In this document: piece after piece, positions 27,101 to 44,400 of the stretch
How the letters are laid out: each line of letters opens with the position of its first letter
Numbering within the stretch: the stretch's first letter is position 1
Notes under the pieces: generated by a model
The model's input: the letters and a program-made list of their open reading frames with translations, nothing else
The model's database searches: none
Told to the model about the DNA's origin: nothing
Assembly (NCBI RefSeq): GCF_009914755.1
Contig: NC_060947.1
Length of the DNA: 64,000 bases
DNA from: the human T2T-CHM13v2.0 reference genome, Homo sapiens
Reading direction: 5' to 3' (one strand)
Position numbers and translations under genes: made by a program

Positions 27101-28429
27101 ACACTTGCAAGACATTATGTGAGAAATAATTCTCACACAAAATCAGGGGCCTTCTAACTGAGTGAAGCGTTTAACAATCTGGTAGTCTGGCATGTCAAGA
27201 TGGTGGTTATAAGGTGAACAGCAAGTTCTTACATCTTGCCTTTCTTACTACTAAATAAGGAACATGAAACGAGTTGCATAATAGATGCTTGTTTTAGCAT
27301 ATACCTAAATGTTGTGCAGTACCGTGGACCCATTGACAAGTGACTGAAACCCTGCTAGCATGGACCGGGGCCCAGAAAAAGAGAAGCTTCCCTAATCCTG
27401 CACCTGTGGTCTCATGTGGAGTTCCCTGAGACCAGTTGACTAGAAAATAAAAAACATCATGCCTGATTTTCATTTGTTACTTCAGAATATGCAGGCACCA
27501 CATCTATTAGGTTTGTTACTAATGCAAAAGAAATTGTCCCCGATTCAGCAGCTTAAAATAACACAAATATATAAGCAGTTCTGTAGATCAGAAATCCATG
27601 CAGGCTGGATTGGTTTCTCTGCTTAGGATCTCACAAAATCAAAGTTAGGGTATCAACCAGGCTGCTGACTAACTAAGGACTCAGAGAGAACCTGTTTTCA
27701 AGCACATTTGGGTTACGGGCAGGTCTAACTTCTTAAAGTTGTGGAACTGAGGTAGCCGTATACTTGCGGTCTTGGCTGAGGCCACTCTAAGCTACCTGAG
27801 ACCCCTCCATACCTACTTGGGTGCACCCCTCTATCTTCTAAGCAGTAATGGTGCATCATGATTATGGTGGCTGAGATAAAGCTTATTTACGGGTTTGGCA
27901 ACATGAACTTTCATTTACCAGGTCCATCTCACTACAGCCACTGCTCACTATTCAATCTGACAGCAGCAGAGACCAACACTGAGTCCCCAATATGGCACCA
28001 TGTCCCAGAGTGGTCAGTCAGCTTCCAGGTAGCACTGTGATTACTTGGGTCTGCTTCCACGATTGAAGGGGTATCACTTTGATCTTCCTCAAATAGACAC
28101 TTATTCTGCATATGGATTTTCATTCCCACCCATGGAACTTCAAGGAAATCGGTACTGTGGTATGAGGAAAGGCTGTATCCACCGTCGTGGTATTCCACAC
28201 TGCACCAGTTTTAAACATCAAACTCACTTTACAGGCAATGAAGTATGGGAATGGGCTCATGCTAATGTACTTCACTAGTCTTGTGATGTTCTTCAACATC
28301 CTGAAATGGCTGGCTCAATAGAACATTGGAGGACCTTTTAAAGCCTGAGTTGTCATTGCAGCTTTGTGGCAGTGCCTTGTGGGGCTTGGCTGACAATCTA
28401 GAAAGTGGCAAAGCTGAATCCTAGCCTCA

Positions 28430-30525
<2,096 letters not shown>

Positions 30526-31137
30526 GTACCTGGCACAATTAATATTTGTTGAATAATTGAATGAATTAATTTTTTTAAAAAAAGCATAGAATGGGCTGGG
30601 TGCAGTGGCTCATGCCTCTAATCCTAGAACCTTGGGAGGCTGAGATGGGCAGATCACTTGAGGCCAGGTTTCGAGACCAGCCTGGACAACATGGCAAAAC
30701 CCCATCTCCACTAAAAATACAAAAATTGCAGCGTGATGGCACCTGTGGTGCACCTGTAATCCCAGCTACTTCGAAGGCTGAAGCACAAGGATCGCTTGAA
30801 CTGGGGTGAGGTCGAGGTGGCAGTGACTTGTGATCGTGTCACCGCACTCTAGCCTGGGCAACAGAGCAAGATTCTGTCTTTAAAAAAAATAAAAAGCATA
30901 GAACGTTCAAGTCCTATCTGGAAACAACAGCCTTACAGGGACTGCTACTGCAGCTCCAAATTATTGTATCAGACCAATCCTATCTAGGAACTACCTTTAT
31001 TATATATATTGGATATACCCCCCCACACACGCATACATATATATATATGGGGGTGTATATATAATATGTGTAATGTGTATTATATGTATAATGGGAGATT
31101 AGAAAGTGTGTGTGTGCATGTATATATACCCCCTACC

Positions 31138-31178
<41 letters not shown>

Positions 31179-31826
31179 TAAAATCTCCCATTAGTTCTGC
31201 CTTTTCGTTGAAGGCTGATGATACAGATTTCAACATTGAGATCGGGTTCCCACCACACGAGGGGCTAAGGAAGAGTATGTGTGATATGTCTAGAGAGCTT
31301 CTTAGTCCTCCTGTGTTTTTCGATTAGAGTTAATGGAAAATCACAGCAACCCCATCCAGGCAGGATATCTAATGGTTCAGACTCTTCCGTAATGAAGGTT
31401 TGAGTCATCCTGCCAGGCCAAGCATCATGACCAACTGACATGCTATCTCAGGGCAAAGGGAATGCGAAACGGGTAGCGAAAGAAGGTAGTTATAAACGCC
31501 AGCTACATCAGTGTGAGCTGCTGCAGAAACCACGACTGTAATAGTATTTACCTAATGGGTTAATAATATCTACCAGCACAGGTGGGAATACAAAATAACC
31601 AAAACACAAGTTATCCTTTCAAATAAAACGCTTTGGGAAAAAGAACATCTTTTACTAACAGAAATTTCTTAGCCTCTGGAAGGCCAGTTGATTCGGTAAC
31701 ATATGCCAGGAGACTTCAGCAATATCCTGCTCCATTGTAGAAAACAGCAATCTGATCCTTTTCTCTCCTCAATCATTAACGAGATTATGCATTTGGGGTG
31801 TGATAATCCTCCAGGGACAAGTATTC

Positions 31827-31884
31827 TCAAATCATACGTTTCAGTTTCTTCTTAAGGTGCTTAACAAAGTCTCGTCTCATACAT
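31827..31884 (-). CDS. CT45A: CT45A copy C exon 5 coding part
   Basis: Matches 14578-14635. Confidence 0.94.
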
Positions 31885-34800
31885 CTGAAGAGAAAGAGAC
31901 ATGTCATTAACCAAAAGATAGCCAAAGAACCTATGCTGTAGGAAGCGCTGTGACAGATAGAAAGATGAAGTAACAGTCAGCATGGAAATAGAAATGTATC
32001 TGCATGGTAAGAGGCAGTCTAGCCGGCATAACAAATGCTGGCAAGGGTGTGGAGAAAAGGGAACCCTCATACACTGTTGGTGAGAACATAAATTACTACA
32101 ACAACTATGAAGAACAGTTTGGAGGTTCCTCAAACAACTAAAAATGGAGCTATCATATGATCCAGCAATCCCACTGCTGGGTATATACCCAAGAGAAAGG
32201 AAGTCAGTGTACCGAAGAGATATCTGCACTCCCATGTTTCCTGCACCACCATTCACAGTAGCCAAGATTTGGAAGCAACCTAAGTGTCCACTAACACGTG
32301 AATGGGTAAAGAAAATATGGTACATATACACCATAGAGTACTGTTTAGCCATAAAAAAAAGAATGAGATTCAGTCATTTGCAACAACACGGATAGAACCG
32401 AAGGTCCTTATGTTAAGTGAAATAAGCCAGGCACAGAAAGACAAACTTCACATGTTCTCACTTATTTTTGGGAGTAAAAGTGTAAAACAACTGAACTAAT
32501 GGAGATAGAGAGTAGAATGACAGTTACCAGAGGCTACAAAGGTTAGTGGGGGTGGAGGGTGTGGGAAGTGGGGATGATTAATACGTAGAAGTATGGAATA
32601 AATAAGATGTCGTATTTCATAGCCCAACAGGGTGACTATAGTTGGTAATAATTTAATTGCACATTTAAAAATAATGAAGAGTATAATTGTATTCTCTGTA
32701 ACGCAAAGGATAAAAGCTTGAGGTGATAGAAACCCCACTTACCTTGATGTGATTATTACACATTGTTGTCTGTATCACAATATCTCATATAGCCCAGAAA
32801 TATATGCATCTGCTATGTGCCTACACAAATTTTTTAAAAAGAGGTAGTCTAGCAAATACAAAGAGTGTCAATTGAGGGACAATGCGCACCTCAGACTATG
32901 GTGAAAATGGAAGTCTCCATAGTCTTCGAAGAATGAGTTAGACTCAGATAACATTAGCCTAAGTAACTGTGGAGACAGCCATAACTGTGAGTGAGGACCA
33001 GGGTTTGAGAAACGCAAGGCAGGGGCTGTTCCCCAACGCTCACCCCCAGTGCTCTATTGAGCCCAAGTGCTTAAAGAAATTGGACAGTTCCTATTTCTAC
33101 CCACCTTGCTGCTTCCTTGATGATGGATTCAAAAAATCGTTTCCTGACTGCAGTAGGTCCTTGCACTCCTTCAAGCATTTCGAAGATTTTTTCATATTCT
33201 GAAGATGTTGAAAAAAAAAACTTCAGTATTATCAAATATAAAGAAGAATAGAAGTGAATCTACACCTCAGCAATCATGCTTCAGAGGCTGAAATGTTTTA
33301 AATGCTTAAATCAAGATACCTGCACATACAAAACCTAAATAATAAAAAAGACACCTGCACATACATACGAATGTAACTCCTTTAACCATAACCAAGTAAG
33401 AAAAGAAAAAGAAAAAATGTACATGCTTTAGTCAAAGAAAAGAGGAACCACCATAAATTATGTGCAATCTCAACTCTGGCAAAGAATGAAACTCAACAGG
33501 CAACATGAATATCTTCTGAATCATAGAAAGAGAGACTTCCTATAGTTTTATAAAACAGACATTCTTATACTACTTACTTTGTCCAACGCATCGGAGTTCC
33601 TTCACTAATTTACGTTTTATATCAGCATTAATTTCTTGTTGGCTTTTGGGAGAGGAGGCTGTTTCTCTGCATTCTAGGTCATCTCCAGAGAAACTGCTGG
33701 TAACGTTTCCTCCCACAGGTGCATTGCTACCAGGTTTCTGCATCATCCTATCTTTGCTGAAACCAGTGAAGTCATCAATCTGAGAATCCAATTGGCTGGG
33801 TGGAATAGCATGTCCTGTCATAAGCTCTGGTGAAACAGATTTTGAGTAAAAGCCATCAGTTGGTGTTTGACCACTTTCTTTCCCCTCCACATAGACCTCA
33901 TGAATGACAGCTCTGGAAATCAAACTGAGAAGTTGAGCTGTGAGATATGTGTGTTTCATCACCCCTCTGGGTACATCTATGTGCTCCTCAGTTTCTAGGG
34001 AATTATTTATTTCATAAATGGGAGGATACACCAGGGAGAAATCCCAGGCCTGACAAACGGAGGCCAGGACACATAATACAATAAAACCACCTCTTATTTT
34101 CTGGCCCTATGAATAGACATGGAAACCAAGTAAGGCAGTACAACTCTAAAGCAACATTCACAGATCCCTGGTACTCATGGGACAGTTTCAGCTTGTTATG
34201 CTTTACAAGTTGAAAGCAGCAAGTCTCACTTGATATCATGATTTCTCAAATTCACTTACAAACTGCCATGTTTTACTAAGCTGGAAGCCAGACAACTTGG
34301 ACACACCTCAACCAGCCTCCTCTCTACATCAAACATATTCTGAGAAAATAGAGGTGGCCATTACTGCTGAAAGTTCTATACGTACTCCATCAACAAAAAA
34401 TCCCTTTTAGTGTATGATTTTCCTCATCCTTCCTTTCTGTCTCACAAAAGTGACTTTCTTTTCACTCCAGGTCTGACACCTCTCATTTATTCATCGTCTG
34501 TGGCAGGCAGCATGCCGGTAGCTGGGGATCAGCAGTAAACAGCCCAGAGAGCAACGTTCCCTGCCCTTGTGGAGCTCACATCCTCATGGGGCGGTCAGAC
34601 AGTACGTGCACAATGAGCAAATGAAACATACAGTGTTGGGCTAGTGGTAAGGAAGCAGTCCACAGGCCTGTGGGCAACAGCAGCAGAGGGAGCCCCAGGA
34701 GCTGCTGCTGGTTGGGCAGAGCCTTCTGTGGAGGTACCCTTGGGCAGGGCTTGAAGGAAAAAGCAGAGCTGCCTGCGCAGAGGCAGAGGGGGAGTTCCAG

Positions 34801-35915
34801 GTTGCGGTGAGGCCAAGGATATGGGCTGGAGTGGGGATGGACCGGGCACTACGGGGTGAAGGACAGTAGCAGAGAGAGTCAGGAGATGATGGGGCCCGTG
34901 TGAGGAGAGGGTGACGGAGGCCAGGCCACGCAGAACCTCGCAGACCAAAGCTGCTTCGCAGTCGGTTCTGAGTGCTTAGGAGTGTTGAGGATGGGTGTTC
35001 AGGAGCGACATGGCATCACGTGATTTACATGCCAACATCATGACCCGGCTGCAGGGTTGGAGGGTATGTGTTTGATGCGGGAAATAATGGGAAACATGGA
35101 GGTATCTCAGGAGCTCAGTGATTGATCGTGGCAGAGTGGAATAGAAGGAGAGAGAGAGATGCTGGGGTTCAGGAATTTTTTACAGTATTTAGAGAAGAGA
35201 AGAAAAAGAAATGTAGAAAAAAACAATGATGGGGTCGGGGGCGGTGGCTCGTGCGTGTAATCCCAGCACTTTGGGAGGCTGAGGTGGGTGGATCACCTGA
35301 GGGGGGGAGTTCCAGACCAGCCTGGCCGACATGGCGAAACCCCATCTCTACTAAACTTACAAAAATTAGCTGGGTGTGGTGGCTGGTGCTTGTAATCCCG
35401 CTACTCGGGAGGCTGCGGCAGAAGAATCACTTGAACCCAGGAGACGGAGATTTCAGTGAGCCGAGATCGCGCCACTGCACTCCAGCCTGGCTGAGAAGAG
35501 CGAAACTCCATCTCAAGAAAAAAATGATAGGGATTCACCAATACGGACAAGAAATTAAAAAAAAAAAAAAGATTGTCGGAAATGGAAATCCTAGAAGGTT
35601 TTCATGAAGAAGCGAGTGAACAACTGTCAAATGCTGCTGAGAAGTTAATGGCAATGTCAGCCGAAACTGTTAACCTTGACAAGGACAGTTTCTCTGGAGG
35701 GGATGAGGCAGGAGCATGAGGAGGACGTGAGGACAGGCTTACTTACTCTTTGCTTTGGACATGGCAGAGCCTGCAATAAGGCTGTCTCCTGCTCCTTGTT
35801 TCCTTGCCAACAGGGCCATCCTCTGCCTTTTCTGATACGAAGGACTGTCACATTCCCTGGGACGTTTAAACACAGTTTCAGGATCTACAGCCACCTTCTC
35901 TGTTTTATCGGTCAT
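31827..35915 (-). CDS. CT45A: CT45A family gene, copy C, complete 189 aa; join(35747-35915,33578-33826,33105-33198,31827-31884)
   Basis: Same splice sites and intact frame as copy B. Confidence 0.96.
33105..33198 (-). CDS. CT45A: CT45A copy C exon 4
   Basis: Matches 15856-15949. Confidence 0.94.
33578..33826 (-). CDS. CT45A: CT45A copy C exon 3
   Basis: Inside ORF 33570-34031; splice sites conserved. Confidence 0.95.
35747..35915 (-). CDS. CT45A: CT45A copy C exon 2
   Basis: ATG at 35915, donor at 35746. Confidence 0.94.
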
Positions 35916-38419
35916 TGTTTCCTGAAAAACATCAATGAATATATTCTATTCATGACAAAAATCTAACAATCACAAAATGGCAAGCAATCTGCATATGTGT
36001 ATACAACCAAGACTTTGAATCATTAATTTCACTTTTAATCATGAGCCAAGATTTACCAAGTCTCAACAAACACTCTGTTCTCAGGAAAAGAAACCTAATT
36101 TTAATGTACACAAAGTAAAACAGAAGAAAGATGGTATAACCAAATCAATCAGAATGCTTGTGGAATAAGCAGCTGTCATCAACCAAAAATAGATAAAAAT
36201 ATTATTACCTATTTGAAGATGTATAAGCCAATCTGTATTAACCCTTATTAGAAAAAATGGATGTATAAACCAATCTGTATTAACCCTTATTATACATTAT
36301 ATTTTAAATTATATATTATATATCATATATATTTAATATATAAGTATTTATGCTTATATATTCAAATAGATGCATAAACCAACGTGTATTAACCCTTATT
36401 AGGAACCCTTATTAGAAGATTGATACAAAACTGATAACAACATCTGACAAGGAATTTAGAAGAATGAAAAACTACAAGATCAAGCCAAAAATACAAGCCA
36501 AGATCACCCCGAACTTAGACACAAAAATTCCAAACTAAGGGTGAGCAAATAAAATGTACTAGTACTTAAAAAGGACATACATCAGCCATGGTGGAGTATA
36601 TTGCAGAAAGGCAACACTGATTTAACATTTGAAAATCGACAAATGTAGTGCACCACATTAACAACAACAACAACAACAACAACAAAAACAGGGAAACACC
36701 GCATGATCATTTTCATACATGGATCAATGTTTAAAGTCCATTCGTGATAAAAACTATCACCAACTTAGGAAAAAGGGCAACTTTCCTATTCTGGTTAGCA
36801 TATGTACAAAAAATTTTTAAATGCCATACTTCATAGTGACGTATCAGTATTTTCTCCCTGAGTTTGAAAACAAGACAAAGATGTCCACTATCCATTCAAC
36901 AATTTACTGGAGGTTCTAAAAAGTGCCATATCATCAGGAAAATACAATAGGTTTAAAATTTGGAAAGAAAGAAAACTGTCATTATTCACAGATGACATTG
37001 TTCTGTACATAGAAAAATGCAGAAGAATAAAATCATTACAGTTAATAAGCAAATTTAGTCAACTTACTAGATACAATGAAAACCAATGGCATTTCTGTAT
37101 AATGAATAGCAATTCTGTATAATGAATGGCATTATACAGAATGGCAATTCTGTATAACGAATAATTAGAATATGAGATTTCAAATGTCATTAAAAACAGT
37201 TCCAAAAACATCAAACATTTAGGAATAAATCTAATCAAGATGTGCTAGAGTACTTCACAAAAATTATAAAACATCACTCAGAGAAATTCAAGACTGCAGT
37301 AAATGGAGAAAAATATTCCTGCCATGCATTGGAAGACATTACTTTTTTTTTTTTTTTGGGTCGGAGCCTCGCTCTGTCACCCAGGCTGCAGTGGAGTGGC
37401 ACAGTCTCTGCTCACTGCAACCTCCACTTCCCAGGTTCAAGCAATTCTCCTGCCTCAGCCTCCTGAGTAGCTGCGATTACGGGCGCCTGCCACGACGCTG
37501 GATAAAGAAAATGTGGTACATATACACCACGGAATACTATGCAGCCATCAAAAAGAATGAGTTCATGTCCTTTGAAGGGACATGTGTCAGCAAGCTAACA
37601 CAGGAACAGAAAACCAAACACCACGTGTCCTCACTCATAAGTGGGAGTTGAACAATGAGAACACATGGACGCGGGGAGAAGAACATCACACAGTGGGGCC
37701 TGTCAGGGGTTGGGGGGCTAGGGGAGGGATAGCATTAGAGAAATACCTAAGGTAGATGACGGGTCAATGGGTGCAGCAAACAACCATGGCATGTGTCTTC
37801 CTATGTAACAAACCTGCACGTTCTGCCCATGTATCCCGGAACTTAAAGTATAATTTTAAGAAAAGGAATATTATCGTAATGGCATTGGGTGAGTCAAAGA
37901 TGTTTCTTAAAATAATAAAAAGCACTATCCATAAATAATACACTAATTAATAAAATTAAGAGAATCTGTTCATCTACAACACATTATTGAGATCGTGTAA
38001 AAGCAAAAAAGATTTATAGAAGATACTAAAATTGTATATGTATTTTTGTATATGTACATATACGCCTGTGTGCCTGTGCGTATAACTCAAATACAGAATA
38101 TATGGAAACTACAAATCCATTTTTAAAATACAAACATCTCAGTAAAAGCTGGGGGAAAATACCTGAAAAGGAACTTCATAAAAGGCATAGTTAAATGACC
38201 AATAAACACATAAAATGGTGCTAAAAAAAAAAAAAAAGAAAACAATAAATAGCTGGGTGTGGTGGCACTGCAATCCAGTCTGGGTGACAGAGGGAGACCT
38301 CATCTCAAAAGACAAACAAAAATCAATAAATAAAAACAATTTCTTAAAAAGGTGCTCGATCTCATTAATCAGCAGAGAAATGCGAGTGTAGACACAAGGA
38401 GAGATCACTGCACACCCAT

Positions 38420-39845
38420 CAGAGTGGCTGGAATGAAAGACTAACTGTACTGCGAGTGTTCGAATGTGGCACAGCTGGAACCTTCGAATATTTCTGGACT
38501 CCCATTCCCACACAGACACCTGAGGCTGTGGCTGAAAGGTCAGATAGAATCCCAGGAAAGAGCTCCTTCAGAATTGCGATCAACCAACCGAGGAAAAGCA
38601 CCCCAACCTGGGTCGAGACAGAGTTCCCAAGGTCACGTGGCCTCCTTCATGGCTGACACAGAGCTCCCTGAGTCCCACCATAGGCTTAGAGAATCCAAGG
38701 AACATTACCCCATTCCCCGGCGGCACCGGGAGAGAGCACCTACAGATAATAATTTTAAAAACCCAGCACCAAGAGAAAGCATCCAGTAAGCGTCCACAAC
38801 GGGGATAAGCAGAACCAAAGAAAAGCCAACACATTGTAACTGAGAGCGAGCAACATCCGAGGACAAATGCGCCTCACGGCCGACATCAGTACCCAAGGAA
38901 GAGTCCACCAGAGGTTGAGATAAAGCCCCCGACAGTGACCCCACAGGGCTACGATCATGTGTCCGGGGCACAGCCACCCCCACCACGTTCCATGAGCACA
39001 GATAGTGTCCCCAGGGCAGAGTCCCCCCTCAGGACAGCGACTGAGCGGGAAAGAAACACCGCCGCACCCGAGGCCGACACAGGCAACCAAGGCATGGCCC
39101 CCACCCCCCGGGCTCAGGTCATTTCAGCAGGAAAAGTCGCCTTTTCCATCACCGACAGGGAGCCCCCAAGAAGAGCCCCCAAGAAAAGCCCCCTGGCCCC
39201 ACAACATAGCCGAGACGGGGTGCCCAAGGAAAACGCTCCCCCGCGGCTGACACAGGCGCCCATGGCGGTGTCCCCAGAGCTAAGCCACTTCCCCAAGGGA
39301 GCCCTCCCACACACCGGACAGAGAACACCACAGAAAAGACTCTTTCTGAGGAAAAAGGACACTTTCCAGGGCGAAATTAAAGCATCCAGGGAAAAACTGC
39401 CCACTCACAGTCCTGAAGTCCTGACCTTGCTGGAGGAGAGACGGCGGCACCTCACAAAATGGCAGTGAAGTTGTGGCGCCTCCCCACTGGTGGCACTTTC
39501 TAGAAACCTGCCCTCTGGGAGTTGTGGGAAATGTGCCCCCTAGGGCACCTGGGAGTGATGTGCATGGGGAGGCGTCTCACCAGAAGCACCGATCCCGTTT
39601 GGCCCAAGGGGGATGGGAGGAAGGGAAGTAGCCAGCCACAGCGTGCCTGCCCCAGCCGAACACTGGGAACCTGTTGGGGGCGCCAGAGTGCTGAGGAGAA
39701 GCCTCGTGCCCCAGAGAACCAGGAAGCGCAGCCCTCCCCTTCGCTGACTCTGGCGCCCTCTACAGGCGACCTTCAGTAACAACTGCACAGCAACGTATGC
39801 GGAGGAATGCAGAACCTTCTCACCCAGCGGGATGAAATCGCCTGG
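38420..39845 (-). promoter_or_regulatory. GC/CpG-rich promoter region, copy C
   Basis: Paralog of 3900-5330. Confidence 0.65.
39409..39565 (-). other. CT45A: CT45A copy C non-coding exon 1 (5' end approximate)
   Basis: ggact|gtgagt donor at 39408. Confidence 0.75.
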
Positions 39846-40201
39846 GTAACATAGTGAGACCCCGGCTCTACAAAGCAACCAACTAATCAAAAAAGAAAGA
39901 AAGAAAGAAAGAAACACACAAATTAGCTGGGCCTAGTGGCCTCGCACCTGTGGTCCCAACTACTCGGGAAGTTGAGGTGGGAGGATGGCTTGAACCCGGG
40001 AGGTGGAGGTAGCAGTGAGCCACTGCACTCCAGCCCAGGCGGTAGAGGAGACCCCATCTCAGAAAAAAAAAAAAAAAAGAAAGAAAGAAGGAAAAGAAAA
40101 GAAAAAGAAAAAGAACAACAACAAACTGCAATTTTCATTTGAGGGGGTTGTGTTTTAAAGTCAACCCCGACCCGCCACAGTGGCTCACGCCTGTAATCTC
40201 A

Positions 40202-40470
<269 letters not shown>

Positions 40471-41042
40471 TCAATCAATAAATAAAGTCAACCTCTATCT
40501 GTTAAAGGTAACCATTATTGTTAATTGATAAGAAAAATGAGGGCCCCAGTGCGGTCGCTCACGTCTGTAATCCCAGCAATTTGGGAGACCAAGAGGGGTG
40601 GATTCCTTGAGCCCAGGAGTTCAAGAGCAGCCTGGGCAGCATGGTGAAACCCCATCTTAACACAAAATACAAAAATTAGCTGAGCGTGTAACTGTGGTCC
40701 CAGCTGCTCGGGAGGCTTGACACCAGGAGGTTGAGGCTGCATTGACCTTTGTTCGCACCATTGCACTATAGCCTGGGTGACAGAGTAAGACTGTCTACAA
40801 AAAAAAAGAAAGAAAGAAAGAGAGAAAGAAAGAAAGAAAGAGAAAGAAAAAAGAAGGAAGGAAGGAAAGAAAGAACGAAAGAAAGAAAGGAAGGAAGAAA
40901 GGAAGGATGGAAGAAAGAAGGGAAGAAAGGAAGAAAGGAAGGATGGAAGAAAGAAGGGAAGAAAGGAAGAAAGAAAGAGAGAAAGAAAGAAAGGATGGAA
41001 GGAGGGGAAACCTTATTATATTGCATCTATTAATCATTTTAA

Positions 41043-41409
<367 letters not shown>

Positions 41410-44400
41410 TGAATTGTCCATAGTGGTAAAAAATATTACAGCGAAATTTTTCGAGTTTTAATGGAACAGGCAGTTTCACTATTGACACAATTATTTGGAA
41501 GGGATTACTTCACTGGTTTTGTAATTCAAAAGTTATGTTTGTAAAAAACTTAAAATTAAAATTAAAAAATATAGCCAGGCATGGTGGTGGGCACCTGTAC
41601 TCCCTGCTACTAGGGCAGCAGAGGCAGGAGAATCACTTGAACCTGAGAGGTGCAAGCTTCAGTGAGCAGAGATCGCGTCACTGCACTCCAAAGGGGCAGA
41701 GATCCATTGTCACTGGGGGACAAAGGGAGAGTCCGTCTCAAAATAAATTAATTAATTAAAATTAAAATTAAAAATTATGTTTGTTAAGTACCCTGTTAGA
41801 AGAGAGTCATATTCAGTATTACAGCTTCTTAGCCTATTGTGTTAATATTTGCCTGTGCTTCAGAACCTTCATAGAACACATTTTCTTTTGGAATATATTT
41901 GATTGATAGGAAAGCTTAAACATTGTTTTCACTTTGATGTAGGAACAGTTGTTTTGTTTGTTTCCTCTAGTGCTATCAAAATAAAATACTCATTTTTTGC
42001 ATTAAAAAAATCCCACCAGAGCAGTACTCATAGGAGTATTTGATTGAATAACCATGAGACTGGAATCTTGTTGGGGCTTAATTAGAATCCTGCCTACCAC
42101 ACAAGCCACAAGTGGACAGCTGCATACGACAGTCCTGACTGGGACAGCCCTGAAGGACAGTGATGAAGGGAAATCCTCCCAGAGGGAAGAACTTTGAGCA
42201 GTGCACCTTCTTGGAGGAGGCATATCCAGACGTGTAAGTATGTATCATGCATAGGCTGTGTCCCACTCATTCGCTGAATTGTCAGGGACTTTGAGAACAC
42301 ACGATTAAAAATGTGTGACAAAGAAGTCTGAGAAAAAAAAAATATGTGGACAGGCCTGTCCAAACGGACATACAATGTGAAGATATTGGGGTCTCATGAG
42401 AGTTCTCAGCAAAGGGTATCCTCAGCAGAGCAGAATTTTAATAATCAGATGGATAAGGTACTTATTATCTAGGTATTAATCAGCCTCTTTCCCTAACACG
42501 TGTGTCACAATCTTACCGGCTCAACAAACAAAGTGGTCAAACTGGCAGGGTTGGAGATTATGCGCAGTAGCATGGACCTCCACTCACCATGGCAAACCTG
42601 GCTACGGTCATTGCTGAGTGAAAAATCTTCCAGGAATGGAGACCAACACTAAGCCCCCGATTTGGCACCAGACTCCAGAATGATCTGCCAGCCACTAGTT
42701 GGTATGTGGATTACAATAGATCACTTCTATTATAAAAAGAGAAGTGCTTTCTTCTTACCTGAACAGACATTTAGTCTAGATATGGATTTTCCTTCCCACT
42801 TGCAGTGCTTTTGAGAAAACCAATGTTTGTATCTCGGCTTCCAAAATTCTGGAAAGCGCTAGTTCCTCAAGTTCCTAGGGTTATTCATTCTGGAGACTCT
42901 AGTATACTCTGCAAGAAAACCTGTAGGCCATCCACCAAAATGCCCAAATGGAGTCACTCTTAAATAACGAGCCCTGCATGTTTCCAGAAACTCTAATTAT
43001 CAGTGAAAAGTTTACTATGGCAGCGATTTCGCCACCCAGGGCAATTGGAGAATGGCAGATACTAGGGACCATTAACTCTGTGAAAGCTGTAGAAGACTGC
43101 AGTCAAGACAGTTACAGAACCAAAAGTGACAGTCTTCTATTTTCGATGTTTGTACAAAGAGGACATACAATTAATAAAGTGGTCGAGGAACAGGTTTCTG
43201 CTTTAATACCAAAAACTAACATAGAAACCTGTAAAGGTGTCCAAGTATAGTAATCCTTTTCCTGTGTATTTGGTTAAGATTTAAAACTGAAGCTTTCTTT
43301 GTTAGCTTTTTTAAAATTATAGATGCCAGAAGGGTACATGTACAGATTTCTCGCTTGGATATAATTGCACAGTGCCGGGGTTTGGGCTTCTAGTGAACTC
43401 ATCACCCAAATAGTGAAGAGAGTATCCAATAGGTAGTTTTTCAACCCTCCGACCCGCTCCCTCCCTCCCCTCTACCTCCATTTTGGAGTCCCCAGAGTCA
43501 ATGGTTTCTACCTTTATTTTCATGTGTACCCATTGTTTAGCTCCCACATATGAATGAGAACACGCAGTATCTCATTTTCTGATTATCAGATTTTGCTTCT
43601 GCGTTTCACTTAAAAGTGAAGTTTTCACCGGACACAGTGGCTCACGCCTGTAATCCCAGGATTTGGGAGGCAGAAGCGGGTGGATCACTTGAGGTCAGGA
43701 GTTCCAGACGAGGCTGGCCAAAGTGGCGAAACCACATCTCTACCAAAAATACAAAAAATAGCTGGGGCCCTGCGCTGTGGCTCGCACTTGCACTTTGGGA
43801 GTCTGAGGTGGGCATATCACTTGAGGTCAGGAGTTTGAGACTAGCCTGGCCAACATGGTGAAACTCTGTCTCTACTAAGAAATACAAACAATTAGCCAGG
43901 TGTGATAATGCGTTTCTATAGTCCCAGCTACACAAGGAGGCTGAGGCAAGAGAACTGCTTGAACCCGGGAGGTGGAGGTTGCAGTGAGCCGAGATTGCAC
44001 CATAAACTTAATCAAATTGTTGTTCCAACTGCAGCTGCTGTACTACAAGTGGTTTTGTTGTGTCAGCAACTGTGACATCCCTCGGAACCTGATATACAAT
44101 ACTGATTAGGTGAATGTTTGGCTTTCTTTCAGTAATTGTCGTAAACAAGAATTTCAATTCAGCTAGAAAGGACAGCAATGTACTATCATTTCCTATTTCA
44201 AGCTTATATCAACTCTCTAGGTTTATATCCTAAACGAGTTCTTAGGGAAAATGGCCACCTTTCTCTTAAACCAGATGTGACACCATTCTTTGCAGTGATG
44301 ACATCATGCTGACTGAAAAGGAGGTAGCAACTAATCCAGACATGGTAGCAACACACTTGCAAGACATTATGTGAGAAATAATTCTCACACAAAATCAGGG

